From: a virus
Virus record (IMG/VR): IMGVR_UViG_3300031159_000070
Location: 73,048-137,047 of that record
Strand: one strand, 5' to 3'
Length of the DNA: 64,000 nt
A program made the translations under genes and the position numbers. This document shows, piece by piece, positions 35,565-46,063 of this stretch. Numbering within the stretch: the first letter of the stretch is position 1; every line of letters begins with the position of its first letter. The notes under the pieces were generated by a model. The model was not told the DNA's origin and did not search any database. It saw nothing but the letters and a program-made list of their open reading frames with translations.

Positions 35565-35771
35565 ATGATCATCGGCCTGCTCAACCCTATCCGCTGGGTT
35601 TTCGATCACAGCCGTTGGGCTGTCGATCGCACCCGCTTTGGTCCATCCCGCCATGCAACGCTGCAGCGCGAGAAGGTCGAGTACCGCTTTATTTTCGATC
35701 ACGACCGCTGGATCTTCGACCGGGCCCGCTGGTGGGGCACGGAGGCGATGACTCCGGAAGAGCTGGAGTAA
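35565..35771 (+). CDS. Small aromatic-repeat protein
   Basis: SD GGAG; RWVFDHSRWAVDRTRF / RFIFDHDRWIFDRARW. Confidence 0.55.
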   Translation: MIIGLLNPIRWVFDHSRWAVDRTRFGPSRHATLQREKVEYRFIFDHDRWIFDRARWWGTEAMTPEELE

Positions 35772-35777
35772 GCGCTG

Positions 35778-36338
35778 GTGGCGCGGCACGCCCTCATTGA
35801 GCTCGTCATTGAGTTACGCGAGGAGTTGATCGAGGCGCGCCGCGAAATCGCTGAGCTGCATCGGCGCATGGCCCACATCATGCGCCCGGCGCGCGTGACT
35901 CAGGTTGATGCGGAGAAGGGTCTGTTCAAGGTCGCGTATGCGCTCGACGATGAAGGCAATCCCGTCGAGAGTCCATGGATTCGCTACGCGCATCGCAATA
36001 GCAAAAAAAATCAGGTTTGGGACCCGCCGGGTGTCGATGAGCAGGTGATTCTGTTTTCGCCCGGCGGCGATGTCTCGCCGCTGTCGTGGATCATGCCTGG
36101 CGGCTTTTATGATGACATCCCGAAGAACCACGACAAGGAAGACGAATACAAGCGGACCGTCAGCAGCTCGTTGTTCCTGATGAAAGACGGGGAGATTCGC
36201 TTCAAAGCCGACAAATTGATTCTTGAAGGCGAAGTGCATCTCGGCGGCGAAGGTGGTCAGCTGGTGCATCGCAAAGGCGACGTCGATAGCGACGGCGATA
36301 CGGCTGAGACCTCGGCCAGCAAAGTCTACGCCGTCTGA
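35778..36338 (+). CDS. Baseplate assembly/spike protein V
   Basis: ELHRRMAHIMRPARVTQVD..SPWIRY..WDPPGVDEQVILFSPGGD. Confidence 0.88.
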   Translation: MARHALIELVIELREELIEARREIAELHRRMAHIMRPARVTQVDAEKGLFKVAYALDDEGNPVESPWIRYAHRNSKKNQVWDPPGVDEQVILFSPGGDVSPLSWIMPGGFYDDIPKNHDKEDEYKRTVSSSLFLMKDGEIRFKADKLILEGEVHLGGEGGQLVHRKGDVDSDGDTAETSASKVYAV

Positions 36339-36366
36339 TCTTTTCCCTAGATAACGGAGATTTCCG

Positions 36367-36687
36367 ATGACGACCAAGACCTACCGGTCGAGCGGCGGCT
36401 GGGTGCTCGGCTCGTATGTGGCTGAGAATCAGCGGCTGAGGCTGCACCCGAAGCAGGCGGCGCCTTACGTGCAGAACGGCACGCTCGTTGAACTCGGTGC
36501 CGATGGGCAGCCTGTCAAGAAGGTGGCCAAGAGCGCAAAGCCGACGCCCGTCGAGGCGCCTGTCAAGCCGGCTACTCCTCCGTCTCCGCGCCCTCGCCGC
36601 TCGCGCCGCGTCTCTGAAAGCGTCTCGGCAAGCTTGCCCCAAAATCTTGTTGGCCTCGCGCCGCTCACCGACAGGTCCGAGCAGTAA
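36367..36687 (+). CDS. Hypothetical tail-region protein
   Basis: SD GGAG; lies between V and W. Confidence 0.55.
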   Translation: MTTKTYRSSGGWVLGSYVAENQRLRLHPKQAAPYVQNGTLVELGADGQPVKKVAKSAKPTPVEAPVKPATPPSPRPRRSRRVSESVSASLPQNLVGLAPLTDRSEQ

Positions 36688-36700
36688 GGAGGTTTGAGCG

Positions 36701-37036
36701 GTGGCCGGGATGAACCGCCAGACCGGCAAGCCGCTTGATGGCTGGCAGCACGTCTCGCAATCGATCGGCGATATTCTCTCGACGCCGATTGGTACGCGCG
36801 TCATGCGCCGCGACTACGGCTCACGTCTTTTTGAGCTTGTTGATCGCCCGATGAACGAAGCGACCGTGATGGAGGCAACGATTGCCGTTGCCGAGGCGCT
36901 CGATCGTTGGGAGCCGCGGTTTGAGCTGCGTCGCGTGATGATCCTTGAAGGCGGCCAGGACGGCCATCTCAGCATCGATGTCATTGGCGTCTATGTGCCG
37001 GACGGCCATTTGAGAACCGTGCGCGTGACGATCTGA
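36701..37036 (+). CDS. Baseplate protein W (gp25-like)
   Basis: GMNRQTG..HVSQSIGDILSTPIGTRVMRRDYGS..ALDRWEPRF. Confidence 0.93.
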   Translation: MAGMNRQTGKPLDGWQHVSQSIGDILSTPIGTRVMRRDYGSRLFELVDRPMNEATVMEATIAVAEALDRWEPRFELRRVMILEGGQDGHLSIDVIGVYVPDGHLRTVRVTI

Positions 37037-37048
37037 AGGGGCGCTCTC

Positions 37049-37960
37049 ATGACCACCCAAGTCACGCATCCGCCGCGCTTCGACGCGATCGATCTGTCGC
37101 AACTGCCTGCTCCAGAGGTTGTCGAAACCCTCGACTACGAAGCGATTCTCGCTGAGCTCAAGGCGGACTTCAAAGAGCGCTGGCCCGACTACGACGTCGA
37201 GATGCTGGAAAGCGATCCAGCGATCAAGCTGCTTGAGGTTGCGGCATTCCGCGAGCTGGTCCTGCGCGCCCGCGTCAATGATGCGGCCCGGGCGGTCATG
37301 CTTGCATTTGCGAAGTCGTCCGATCTCGATCATCTGGGCGCGCTTTTCAAGACGTCGCGCAAGCTGATCCAGGAAGCCGACCCGACGATCAATCAGCCGG
37401 AAATCTACGAGAGCGACCGGGAGTATCGCGCGCGGGTGCAGCTGGCGCCGGAAGCCCTGTCGACCGCCGGCCCGATCGGGGCTTATATCTACCATGCATT
37501 ATCAGCGCACCCGGATGTTCGTGACGTCGGCGTCTATTCTCCAGAGCCTGGCAGCGTGCATGTTCTGCCGCTCGTGCGCGCCGACGACGGCATTCCTTCC
37601 GAGGAAGTGCTTGATGCCGTGCGCGACCGGCTGATGCTGGAGACTGTCAAGCCGCTCACCGACTCGCTTGCGGTGCGTGCGCCTGAGCGTATCGATTTCA
37701 CGGTCGAGGCAACGCTCGTCATTCCGCATGGACCGGACTCGTTGACCGTCAAGCAGGCGGCAGAGGCCGCTCTTGCGACCTACCTCAGCTCAAGGCACAG
37801 AGTTGGCCGCACGGTCTATCGCTCAGGAATAACTGCAGCGCTTTCCGTGGCCTCCGTCGAGACCATCGTGCTCGCCAGTCCGGCCCAAGATGTGATCGTG
37901 GGCCCCGATCAAGTCGCTTGGGCGACGGATATCTCGATCTCCATTCAAGTCGCCGACTGA
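37049..37960 (+). CDS. Baseplate protein J
   Basis: IDLSQLPAPEVVETLDYEAIL..ESDP..LRARVNDAARA..STAGP.GAY.YHA..VKPLTD. Confidence 0.93.
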   Translation: MTTQVTHPPRFDAIDLSQLPAPEVVETLDYEAILAELKADFKERWPDYDVEMLESDPAIKLLEVAAFRELVLRARVNDAARAVMLAFAKSSDLDHLGALFKTSRKLIQEADPTINQPEIYESDREYRARVQLAPEALSTAGPIGAYIYHALSAHPDVRDVGVYSPEPGSVHVLPLVRADDGIPSEEVLDAVRDRLMLETVKPLTDSLAVRAPERIDFTVEATLVIPHGPDSLTVKQAAEAALATYLSSRHRVGRTVYRSGITAALSVASVETIVLASPAQDVIVGPDQVAWATDISISIQVAD

Positions 37961-37963
37961 GCG

Positions 37964-39199
37964 ATGCACCAACATCTGCTGCCGCCCAACTCGACGCCGC
38001 TCGAGATCGCGCTCGCGCAGACTATTGCGCGCATCTCGATGATTCCCGATCCCGTCGAGGTCGTCTGGCGTCCTTGGGAATGTCCGGAAAACATCTTACC
38101 GTGGCTCGCGTGGGCGTTATCTGTCGATGTCTGGGATAATACCTGGACGGAAGAGCGCAAGCGCCACGTCATCGCGAATGCGGTCGAGCTGCATCGCCTG
38201 AAAGGGACTGCGGCAGGTCTCAAGCGTCACGTCAAGCTCGTCGATTCGGAAGTCAAGCAGCTCGTCGTCCCGCCGCAGAGCGCATTCGCGTCGCGCTCTC
38301 TCACCAAGGAGGAGATGGACGCTTGGCTCAGGACGATGCCGCAGATCCGGGTCTATCTCGCGCGCGAGGTGGGCTCTGGACAGGGGCTCTACTTTGCCAA
38401 CCAGCATTTCGTCGACAACGCGTTTGCCTGCTTCGATGCCGGCAGGGCACTCTATGGTCGCACTGCCCGCCTATGGGATCGCGGCGAGGAAGTTCCGCTC
38501 AAGATCGTCGATCTGACGACGCAGCGGGAAGAGAGACAGGCTCTGAGAATTGAGCGCGTCTCGATTCCCGGTAATGCCGGCAAGGGTGCGTTCGTCGGGC
38601 GGTTCATCAATCACACATTCGTCGGTCATGTCGGTAAGGCGGCGCAGATTGTCACTTACCGTCAGAACATCAGCTATGAGCACCGGCTGTCGTCCCTGTC
38701 GATGCGCTCTGCTCATCCTGGCCTTGATCCCGTTGACGTGCGTTCGGAAAGGGTTAGCGAAACAGGGCATGCCGGTGCATACGCGTTTGTCAGGCGTTTT
38801 GTCGGTCACGTGTTTGCCGGCGAGGATCGAGCGCCGTGGATGATGTACGACCGCATCGTCCTGCATGATCCGGCGCGCGCGGCGATCAAGGTGCCGGCCT
38901 GGTCTTTTGCGGGTTACGCCCGGCTCGGCATCCGGCCCTATACGGCCAAAACGATCATCGATCTCAAGGATACGATGCACGCGCGCGCCGCGGCCGTCGG
39001 CAAGTTCATCGGCAGGTGCTACGCGCTACCTGAAAAGACCCGCAAGAGGACGAATGCGCGACTCGCCGTGCGTGCTTCCAAGGCCGCACGCGACCGCATC
39101 TTTGTTACCCACAAGCTCACGCGCCCGCGCACCTTCGCGGACGGCATCCCGCTCGACGGGAGCTTCACGTTCGGCGCGCGCGTCGCATTCCGCCTTTAA
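37964..39199 (+). CDS. Tail protein I (P2 gpI) with a C-terminal extension
   Basis: LLPPNSTPLE..CPENILPWLAWALSVDVW..LHRLKGT. Confidence 0.9.
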   Translation: MHQHLLPPNSTPLEIALAQTIARISMIPDPVEVVWRPWECPENILPWLAWALSVDVWDNTWTEERKRHVIANAVELHRLKGTAAGLKRHVKLVDSEVKQLVVPPQSAFASRSLTKEEMDAWLRTMPQIRVYLAREVGSGQGLYFANQHFVDNAFACFDAGRALYGRTARLWDRGEEVPLKIVDLTTQREERQALRIERVSIPGNAGKGAFVGRFINHTFVGHVGKAAQIVTYRQNISYEHRLSSLSMRSAHPGLDPVDVRSERVSETGHAGAYAFVRRFVGHVFAGEDRAPWMMYDRIVLHDPARAAIKVPAWSFAGYARLGIRPYTAKTIIDLKDTMHARAAAVGKFIGRCYALPEKTRKRTNARLAVRASKAARDRIFVTHKLTRPRTFADGIPLDGSFTFGARVAFRL

Positions 39200-39216
39200 C
39201 TCGGAAGGACCACTCC

Positions 39217-41475
39217 ATGGAGCGGCGTGTCAAGATCCATCAGAATCAGCAGATCACTGATACCGATCTCAACAACATGGGCGAGTTCCCGCGTGCGTCG
39301 CTTGATCACGTCGTGCATGACGGTATCGATAATGGGCGCAAGTTCTGGGGTTTTCCTGTTGTTGCAAGCGGCCCGCTTGAGGTCACCGTTGGTGCCGGCC
39401 GGTATTACAATCAGGGCAAGGTGTTTTATCGCGACGATGACGGCGGTGTGACGCTGTCCGTTGCCGATTACGTGCCTGTCGTCACAAAGCGCATCGTCAC
39501 TGTCGCGGTCTGGGGTCAGGAGGTCGATACCAACGTGCAGCCGCGCACGTTCCTGCAGAATGTCGATACTCTTGAGACCGAAGCCGAGGCGGTCGCCACC
39601 GAAAGCCGTCGTCACGCCGAAATCAATCTCGTGGCCGGCATCGAGGCCGTCGAGCCGCAGCCGGCTCCGCTCGATGCCAACGTCATCGCGGTTGCCTATA
39701 TCACCATGTCGCCGGGCGGCATCGAATCGATCGAGGCTGTCGAGATCAACCGTATCACGTCGGTTGCCGCCAATCGGCAAAAGATCAATGAACTAGACGC
39801 ATGGCGCAGTCAGGCAGGGTCGATCCTTGATACCCTGCGGTCGGACGTGGCTGGCATCGTCGATCGGCAGCGCGGATTGATCGGGCGCACGGAGTTCAAC
39901 GATGTGACCGCGGACGTAGCGGCAATCAAGGACTTGCTGGAGCTTCCTGATGATCTGACGACTTACTCCGCCGACCACTTCCTCGACCTGAGCGGTAGCG
40001 ATCCGGATCATCCCGATTGGCTTGCCAAGGTCGAAGAGGGTGTTCGCTTTCCGCATGCCCAAGAGCGCCTTGCTCAAATCGGTCTGCTCAATCAGTTCGA
40101 GGAGCGCGTTACGGTCACCAACGGCTTCATGCTGCCAAAGTGGCATGAGGTGACACGCATCGCCGTCGTCGGAAACGACGGCGAGCTGAGTCTGTCTCAG
40201 TACCAGTTCCAGACTGTGACGGTTGTTGAGAAGAAGCGCTCTCGTCGCCGCGTCCGCTACGGCGAGGTAATGAAGAAGTGTACGAACTCCTCCTGGTGGA
40301 AGTCCGGACACTACAATGCGCATGAGCGTATTTTCAGCCGCGGCGACGAAGTCTTCGAGGTCGTCAGCAAGGACGGCAAGTGGGTTCGCCTGCGTCAATA
40401 CTGGGTTGATTACGTCGAGGAGAGCTATTGGGAGGAAGTCGTCGTTACCGAGGGCGTCAACGGCTCGGTAACGGGGCAGACCTTCCTCAATGCGCAAGAC
40501 GGCTGGCTGACTTCGATCGATCTCTACTTCACCCGCGTCGCCAGCACCGGCGATGTCCATGTGCTGATCACGGAAACCGCAGGTGGCGCGCCAGATTTCA
40601 CGAAGACGATCGCCAAGGTCACGGTTGCTGCCGCCGATTTGAAGGTCTGGCCAGACGCGACGCGCATTCCGTTCTCACCAACGCACCTAATCGCTGGCCG
40701 CTATGCGATCGTGATCATCACTCCAGGCAACCATTTCTCTGCACTTGTCTCCAACAATAAATTCGCCGAAGGCTCGCTCTTCTACAGCACAGACAGTGCT
40801 TGGTTCATGGGCGACCTGACGCGCGATCTGGCGTTCCGCGCCAACTTCGCCGAGTTTGAGAGTCCGCGCGTCGAGGTCCAGATGCAGCCGCTGGAGCTCG
40901 CCAATGGTATTGCCGCGATTGACCTTTTGATGGAATCAATCGTTCCGACGGGTTGCGAGATCCATCACGAGGTCCAGATCAATTCCGTCTGGAAGCGGCT
41001 GTCAGAGGAAAACCAGAACCTTCTGAACGGCCTGCCGGCTCTGGTGCCCTATCGCATCGTGTTTGTTGGCACAACCGACAATCATGGCGGTGTCGCGCTG
41101 GGCGCGCCGTCAACGGCGCTCACATTGCGCCCGCGCACGGATTTCCAGCACGTTTCCGCGACACGGACGCTGCCGGCTCCGTGCGACGAGATCGAGGTCA
41201 GGGCAGAGGTCGAATGGTGGGATGACGACCGCCATACACTCGACATCAAGCTGCTGACAGGCGCCGAGTTCGATACCGAGGTGCCGGCGGACAGCACAGA
41301 AGAAAGGGCGTTGCCGAACCTCGCCGGCGTCACGGATCGCAAAGAGTTCCGCGCCAAATTCACTCTCGGTGCCCCGATCGAGGCTTACAAGATCCTGCTC
41401 GAAGGCACAACCAACAACGCGCTCGTCACCTATCACGTGTCAAAGCGTGTCGACATCGCGTGGGCGGCAGAGTGA
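39217..41475 (+). CDS. Baseplate/tail structural protein
   Basis: GQTF..GWLTSIDLYF..YAIVI module; position in the tail operon. Confidence 0.65.
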   Translation: MERRVKIHQNQQITDTDLNNMGEFPRASLDHVVHDGIDNGRKFWGFPVVASGPLEVTVGAGRYYNQGKVFYRDDDGGVTLSVADYVPVVTKRIVTVAVWGQEVDTNVQPRTFLQNVDTLETEAEAVATESRRHAEINLVAGIEAVEPQPAPLDANVIAVAYITMSPGGIESIEAVEINRITSVAANRQKINELDAWRSQAGSILDTLRSDVAGIVDRQRGLIGRTEFNDVTADVAAIKDLLELPDDLTTYSADHFLDLSGSDPDHPDWLAKVEEGVRFPHAQERLAQIGLLNQFEERVTVTNGFMLPKWHEVTRIAVVGNDGELSLSQYQFQTVTVVEKKRSRRRVRYGEVMKKCTNSSWWKSGHYNAHERIFSRGDEVFEVVSKDGKWVRLRQYWVDYVEESYWEEVVVTEGVNGSVTGQTFLNAQDGWLTSIDLYFTRVASTGDVHVLITETAGGAPDFTKTIAKVTVAAADLKVWPDATRIPFSPTHLIAGRYAIVIITPGNHFSALVSNNKFAEGSLFYSTDSAWFMGDLTRDLAFRANFAEFESPRVEVQMQPLELANGIAAIDLLMESIVPTGCEIHHEVQINSVWKRLSEENQNLLNGLPALVPYRIVFVGTTDNHGGVALGAPSTALTLRPRTDFQHVSATRTLPAPCDEIEVRAEVEWWDDDRHTLDIKLLTGAEFDTEVPADSTEERALPNLAGVTDRKEFRAKFTLGAPIEAYKILLEGTTNNALVTYHVSKRVDIAWAAE

Positions 41476-41515
41476 CGTTTTGCTGAAATAGCAGAAAATC
41501 AGACGGAGACCTGAT

Positions 41516-41707
41516 ATGGCCCCCCGAAAAAAGGAGCCAGCCCTTGAGCTTGGCGCAATTGAAGCCGATCGCCAGTACAGGGTGAAGTTCCGTCTGCCGC
41601 ATGCAATTGGGCGGACGCGCTTCTCACCGATCCACAGCTACAGGATCAAGGGTAAGTTGCTGACCGAAATTCCGGTTGAAAAGCTTTCGAGCGTGGAAGC
41701 TATCTGA
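41516..41707 (+). CDS. Small tail-associated protein
   Basis: SD GGAG; TGATG coupling to the next gene. Confidence 0.55.
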   Translation: MAPRKKEPALELGAIEADRQYRVKFRLPHAIGRTRFSPIHSYRIKGKLLTEIPVEKLSSVEAI

Positions 41708-42831
41708 TGGCAGAAGTCGTCGATGCTTTCGAGCGGGCGTTTTCGGCCGCCTCCCTCAAGGGCATCAACGCCGAAACCTGGGACCGCTTTATCCGCACGA
41801 TCAACGTGCGACTCAAAGGCGTCGAGGAAAAGAAGGCAGATTTTGAGGCGGCAGAGCAGCTGCTTATCGGTCTTGGGTTGCAGCGGATCAACGAAGCGCT
41901 GCTGCCGGCATTCCAGACGATCACGGGCCTATCGCATCTAGGCGCGATATTTTCAACCACCTCATCGACAACACTCGAGATCGGCGTTGGCTCGAAAGAG
42001 CTCACCATAGCCGAGGCGGATCGCGACCGTTTCGCTCCGTCGGCCTATCTGGCAATTCGCGCGACTGGCGAAGGCGTGCGCGTGATGACCGGCTACCTTG
42101 TCGAGTATCAACGCGAGACTGGTACGCTCAAGATTGATGTCGATCAATTCCGCGGAGAAGGCTCTCACAACGATTGGACCATATCGGCTGCGGCAGCACC
42201 TGATTTCGCAAGTTTTGCGGACATCAGAGGAGAGGCGCCGGAAGGACTGGATACACTCGAAAAGATTGCTCAAGCGATCGACAACGATCCCACATTCGCC
42301 GAGACTATCAACTCCGCATTGGCCTCGTTGAACGCGAGCCTGGTCAATGGTCTGTCCGGCAAGGTATCGCTTTCTCGAAAGATCGAGACCTCTGGATTGG
42401 CTCAGGGAGGGGGTACACTTGCTTCGGATCGCACCATTCTGGTGCCAAAGGCCAATGCTGCTTCACTTCGCGGCGGGACAGACGATACCAGCGCGCTAAC
42501 AGCGAAGGCAGCTTATAGCGCCATGGCCGAGGTGACGCTGACGGATGCCGCAACCGTCACTATCGATTTGACCGCGGGCACGGATTTCTACCTTCCGCTC
42601 GGAGGCAACCGCACCCTCGCCAATCCGACCAATGCCGACAAGGTGATCGGAAAGAAGGGCCGCATTCGCATCGTCCACAGCGACCGCACGCTCTCATTCG
42701 GGTCGAATTGGGAGTTTGCTGGCGGGGAGGCACCGGACCTGAGCGAGGGCAGCAACAAGACCGACATTCTCTATTACGACGTTATAGCCGCCGATCGCAT
42801 TCTCGGCGCGCTGGTTCCGGAGATTTCGTGA
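41707..42831 (+). CDS. Tail fibre protein
   Basis: APEGLDTLEKIAQAIDNDPTFA and GLAQGGGTLASDRTI fibre motifs. Confidence 0.85.
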   Translation: MAEVVDAFERAFSAASLKGINAETWDRFIRTINVRLKGVEEKKADFEAAEQLLIGLGLQRINEALLPAFQTITGLSHLGAIFSTTSSTTLEIGVGSKELTIAEADRDRFAPSAYLAIRATGEGVRVMTGYLVEYQRETGTLKIDVDQFRGEGSHNDWTISAAAAPDFASFADIRGEAPEGLDTLEKIAQAIDNDPTFAETINSALASLNASLVNGLSGKVSLSRKIETSGLAQGGGTLASDRTILVPKANAASLRGGTDDTSALTAKAAYSAMAEVTLTDAATVTIDLTAGTDFYLPLGGNRTLANPTNADKVIGKKGRIRIVHSDRTLSFGSNWEFAGGEAPDLSEGSNKTDILYYDVIAADRILGALVPEIS

Positions 42832-43586
42832 TGACGCCTCCGCTTGCGCTTCCCCCCCCTGATTTTCCTCTCCCCGCCTATGTGCGGCGGGCTGAGAGTG
42901 GGCTGCTGACGCCGGTAGCTGCTGTTCTGCCTGGACTCTACATGCTGCCGGGGTTCTTCGGTGGCGCACGCAAGGTCGAGTTTTTCGATAGTGCGACCAG
43001 CAAGAGCGCGACGATCCAAGTCCCGCCCGGTGTGCGGGCTGGCGACATCATCGTACTGGCCGACTATGCGATTGAAGATGGTGACGAGCCGGATCTGGTC
43101 ATCCCGTCCGGCTTTACTTCGTGGATGGACTATGGCGGCGACACCAGCGCCAGTGGCTGGGAGTCCCGGCTGCTGGCGAGCTACAAGATTGCCGCTGGCA
43201 CCGAGGGCGGGACGAACCTCACCGGCATGGCGGGCGATGAAGAGTCGAAGGCGTTGGTGGTGTTTCGGCCGAACTTCGCGGTGGGCGCAGTTACGAGGAC
43301 CGATTCGGGCGGGTCGAACACCAACAGCAACCCAGCGCCTGTGTCGATTCTGTCCGGCGCTGGAGCCCCACCGCTGATCGTGTTCGGGTTCTACGCGGTT
43401 GCGTCCGGTTCGATTAGCCCGCGCACCATGACTCCGGCGAAGGACTCCGAGATCAACGCGGCGGGTGATCCTGTCCTCTACATGGCGTGGAAAATTTACA
43501 ACTCATCTCCCGCCAACGTCCAAATCGACATGGATGACGAAGGCAACCTGAACACGCTCGCGGGCGGATTTTTGGAGGTAGCGTGA
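42831..43586 (+). CDS. Putative fibre tip / receptor-binding protein
   Basis: Beta-rich (P.GVRAGDIIVL..PSGFT..YKIA.G.E); coupled to the fibre gene. Confidence 0.55.
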   Translation: MTPPLALPPPDFPLPAYVRRAESGLLTPVAAVLPGLYMLPGFFGGARKVEFFDSATSKSATIQVPPGVRAGDIIVLADYAIEDGDEPDLVIPSGFTSWMDYGGDTSASGWESRLLASYKIAAGTEGGTNLTGMAGDEESKALVVFRPNFAVGAVTRTDSGGSNTNSNPAPVSILSGAGAPPLIVFGFYAVASGSISPRTMTPAKDSEINAAGDPVLYMAWKIYNSSPANVQIDMDDEGNLNTLAGGFLEVA

Positions 43587-44113
43587 TGCTCGTCTACACC
43601 CTCCCCGACAACCGCCAGATCCAGCAAGGACAAGCCTTCGAGCTGGACGGTATCAAATACCCGCGCAACTGGCTCACCCGTGCCACCCCAGAAGATTTGC
43701 AGGATCGCGGAATTACCGTCGAGGAAATTGCTGATCCGGAGCCCGAGCCCTATCAGCCGACAGTCGATGATGTGATCGCCGAGCGCGCGCGACGCTTGGC
43801 GCTCGGCTTCGACTATGACTTCGGTGACGAGCGCGGCGTTCATCGTATCGGCACGACCGATAACGATATGAAGGGCTGGGATGAGGTAACAAAGATATCG
43901 AATGCCTTTCTAGCGATTGGCGAAAACGACGCGACTATTCAGATCGAAACCAATACCGGCCCGACACAAGTTACCGCGTTGGAATGGCAGTATATTCTGA
44001 TTGCTGCCGCGCAGTTCCGGCAGCCGATTTGGCTGGCATCCTTCGCGCTGCAGAAGATGGACCCGATTCCGGAAGACTACGCCGACGACAGCTATTGGCT
44101 GCCGAGCGAATGA
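43583..44113 (+). CDS. Tail fibre assembly protein (DUF4376-like)
   Basis: GIKYPRNWL..DVIAERARRLALGF..MDPIPEDYADDSYW. Confidence 0.7.
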   Translation: MMLVYTLPDNRQIQQGQAFELDGIKYPRNWLTRATPEDLQDRGITVEEIADPEPEPYQPTVDDVIAERARRLALGFDYDFGDERGVHRIGTTDNDMKGWDEVTKISNAFLAIGENDATIQIETNTGPTQVTALEWQYILIAAAQFRQPIWLASFALQKMDPIPEDYADDSYWLPSE

Positions 44114-44247
44114 TCGATTCACCGAGTGAATATCTGAGTTTGGCCGATTCCTGATCCGGCATCGTGATTTCGCGCTGCGACCTACGGTTCGCGGCGTTTT
44201 TTGCGTTCTCGCGCCCTCTCACCCACGTCATTGAAGGAGGCCATCTG

Positions 44248-45984
44248 ATGGCTGCCGCTCTTCGCTATCTGCACGGCGTTGAGGTTATTGAGGTGTCGGA
44301 TGGCATCCGGCCCATCCAGACCCTCAAGTCCGCCGTGATCGGTATCGTCGGCACGGCTCCCGACGCTGACCCGGAAATCTTTCCTATCAACGAACCCGTC
44401 CTGCTTATCGGCGATCAACGCACCGCACAGCTGCTCGGATCTTCCGGCACGCTGCTCGATGCTATGAAAGACATCTATTCCATCATCGGCGCCACGGTCG
44501 TGCTGGTGCGCGTCGAGGAAGGCGAAAACGACGCCGAGACGCTTTCCAACGTCATCGGCAATCCGATCACCAAGACCGGCGTGTGGGCCTTGATGACGGC
44601 CAACGAGAAGGTCAAGGTAAAGCCGCGCTTGCTGTGCGCTCCCGGCTTCACTGGATTGCGCCCGACAGACGGTATTGCGAGCGTCACTGTCAACACCGGC
44701 GGCGCAAACTACGACCCGCTCCGGCCGCCCAAGGTGACATTCCAGAGCGACAGCGGCTACGGCGCCGAAGCCGTCGCGGTCATTCAAAACGGCCATGTCA
44801 ACTCGATCATCGTCACCAACCCGGGTCACGGCTATGCTTCGCCGCCGACGGTTACGATCGAAAGCACGGCGCCCACTCTCTCGGTCCAGGCTGGCGAGGA
44901 GAACGCCGGCAATGGCACGCTGACGCTGGCTGAGCCTGGTTATAGCACCGACATCAAAGCTGGCCGGTATGTCATCACCTGCACGGCTGCAGCACAGGAT
45001 GGCGGCACCTTCAGCGTCGTCGATCCCAATGGTGATACGGTCGGCGAAGCCACTGTTGGCCTGGCCTTCGATGACGAGATCAAGTTCACGATCGCCGATG
45101 GCGAAGACGACTTCGAGGAAGGCGACACCTTCTTCGTGGACGTGACCATCAACGGCGGCTTCGGCGCCACGGCGACGGCTGTTCCCGGCGCTGCTGCTAA
45201 TCCGGTCGGCAAGGCGCTCGAGGCGCTTGCGATGCGACTGCGTGCTATCGCGTTCCTCGACGGTCCGAACACGACCAACGAGGCAGCCGTTCAGTATCGC
45301 GGCGACTACGGGTCGGATCGTGTCATGATTCTCGATCCGTATCCGCTCGTCTGGTCAACCGACGTCAATGCCTATGTGGCGCGGCCGGGCTCGCCGCTCG
45401 CTTGTGCGCTGCAGTGCCGTATCGATAACGAGAACGGTTTTTGGCACTCGTTCTCGAACAAGGTGCTGCCCAACATCGGCGGGATTTCGCGTCCCATTAG
45501 CTGGGAGATCGACAACCCCGACACGGACGCCAACTACCTCAACGAGAACCGCGTCACGACTATCGTCAGGACCTGGACAGCGCAAAACGGCGGCTTCCGG
45601 TTCTGGGGTGTGCGGACGACGGCATCCGATCCGGTGTGGACTTTCATGTCGGTCCGGCGCACGGCTGACATGATCTACGAGTCGATCATCGACGCCTTCC
45701 TGTGGATCGTTGATCAGCCGATCAGTCCGCAGCTCCTCGAGGACGCCGTGCGCTCGGTGCAGGCCTATCTCCGTCTGCTCACCCGCCGCGGTGCGACGCT
45801 TGGCGGTGATGCCTGGCTCGATGTGCACCTCAACACCAAGGAGGAGCTGGCCTCCGGCAAGCTGTCGATCAGCTTCGACTTCGAGCCGCCGGCTCCCGTC
45901 GAGCGCCTGACGTTCCACGCACACAGGAACATCGCCTACTACGATGTGCTGCTCGAGGAAGTCATTCGCGAGCTGAGCCTCTAA
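44248..45984 (+). CDS. Tail sheath protein with an inserted domain
   Basis: YLHGVEVIEV..SAVIGIVGTAP..KPRLLCAPGF..GFWHSFSN..ANYLNE..FRFWG.RT..VRRTAD. Confidence 0.95.
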   Translation: MAAALRYLHGVEVIEVSDGIRPIQTLKSAVIGIVGTAPDADPEIFPINEPVLLIGDQRTAQLLGSSGTLLDAMKDIYSIIGATVVLVRVEEGENDAETLSNVIGNPITKTGVWALMTANEKVKVKPRLLCAPGFTGLRPTDGIASVTVNTGGANYDPLRPPKVTFQSDSGYGAEAVAVIQNGHVNSIIVTNPGHGYASPPTVTIESTAPTLSVQAGEENAGNGTLTLAEPGYSTDIKAGRYVITCTAAAQDGGTFSVVDPNGDTVGEATVGLAFDDEIKFTIADGEDDFEEGDTFFVDVTINGGFGATATAVPGAAANPVGKALEALAMRLRAIAFLDGPNTTNEAAVQYRGDYGSDRVMILDPYPLVWSTDVNAYVARPGSPLACALQCRIDNENGFWHSFSNKVLPNIGGISRPISWEIDNPDTDANYLNENRVTTIVRTWTAQNGGFRFWGVRTTASDPVWTFMSVRRTADMIYESIIDAFLWIVDQPISPQLLEDAVRSVQAYLRLLTRRGATLGGDAWLDVHLNTKEELASGKLSISFDFEPPAPVERLTFHAHRNIAYYDVLLEEVIRELSL

Positions 45985-46063
45985 GATCCCAAACCTGACG
46001 CAATCGCGGTCGCCGGCGAAAGCCGGCGGCTTTCTCTTTATCGGCCAATGACGGAGAGCGCAG

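Noticed and set aside
41707-44113. Diversity-generating retroelement or invertible tail-fibre cassette
   Set aside because: No reverse transcriptase, invertase or near-identical TR/VR pair seen; the 21330/41707 similarity is diverged paralogy
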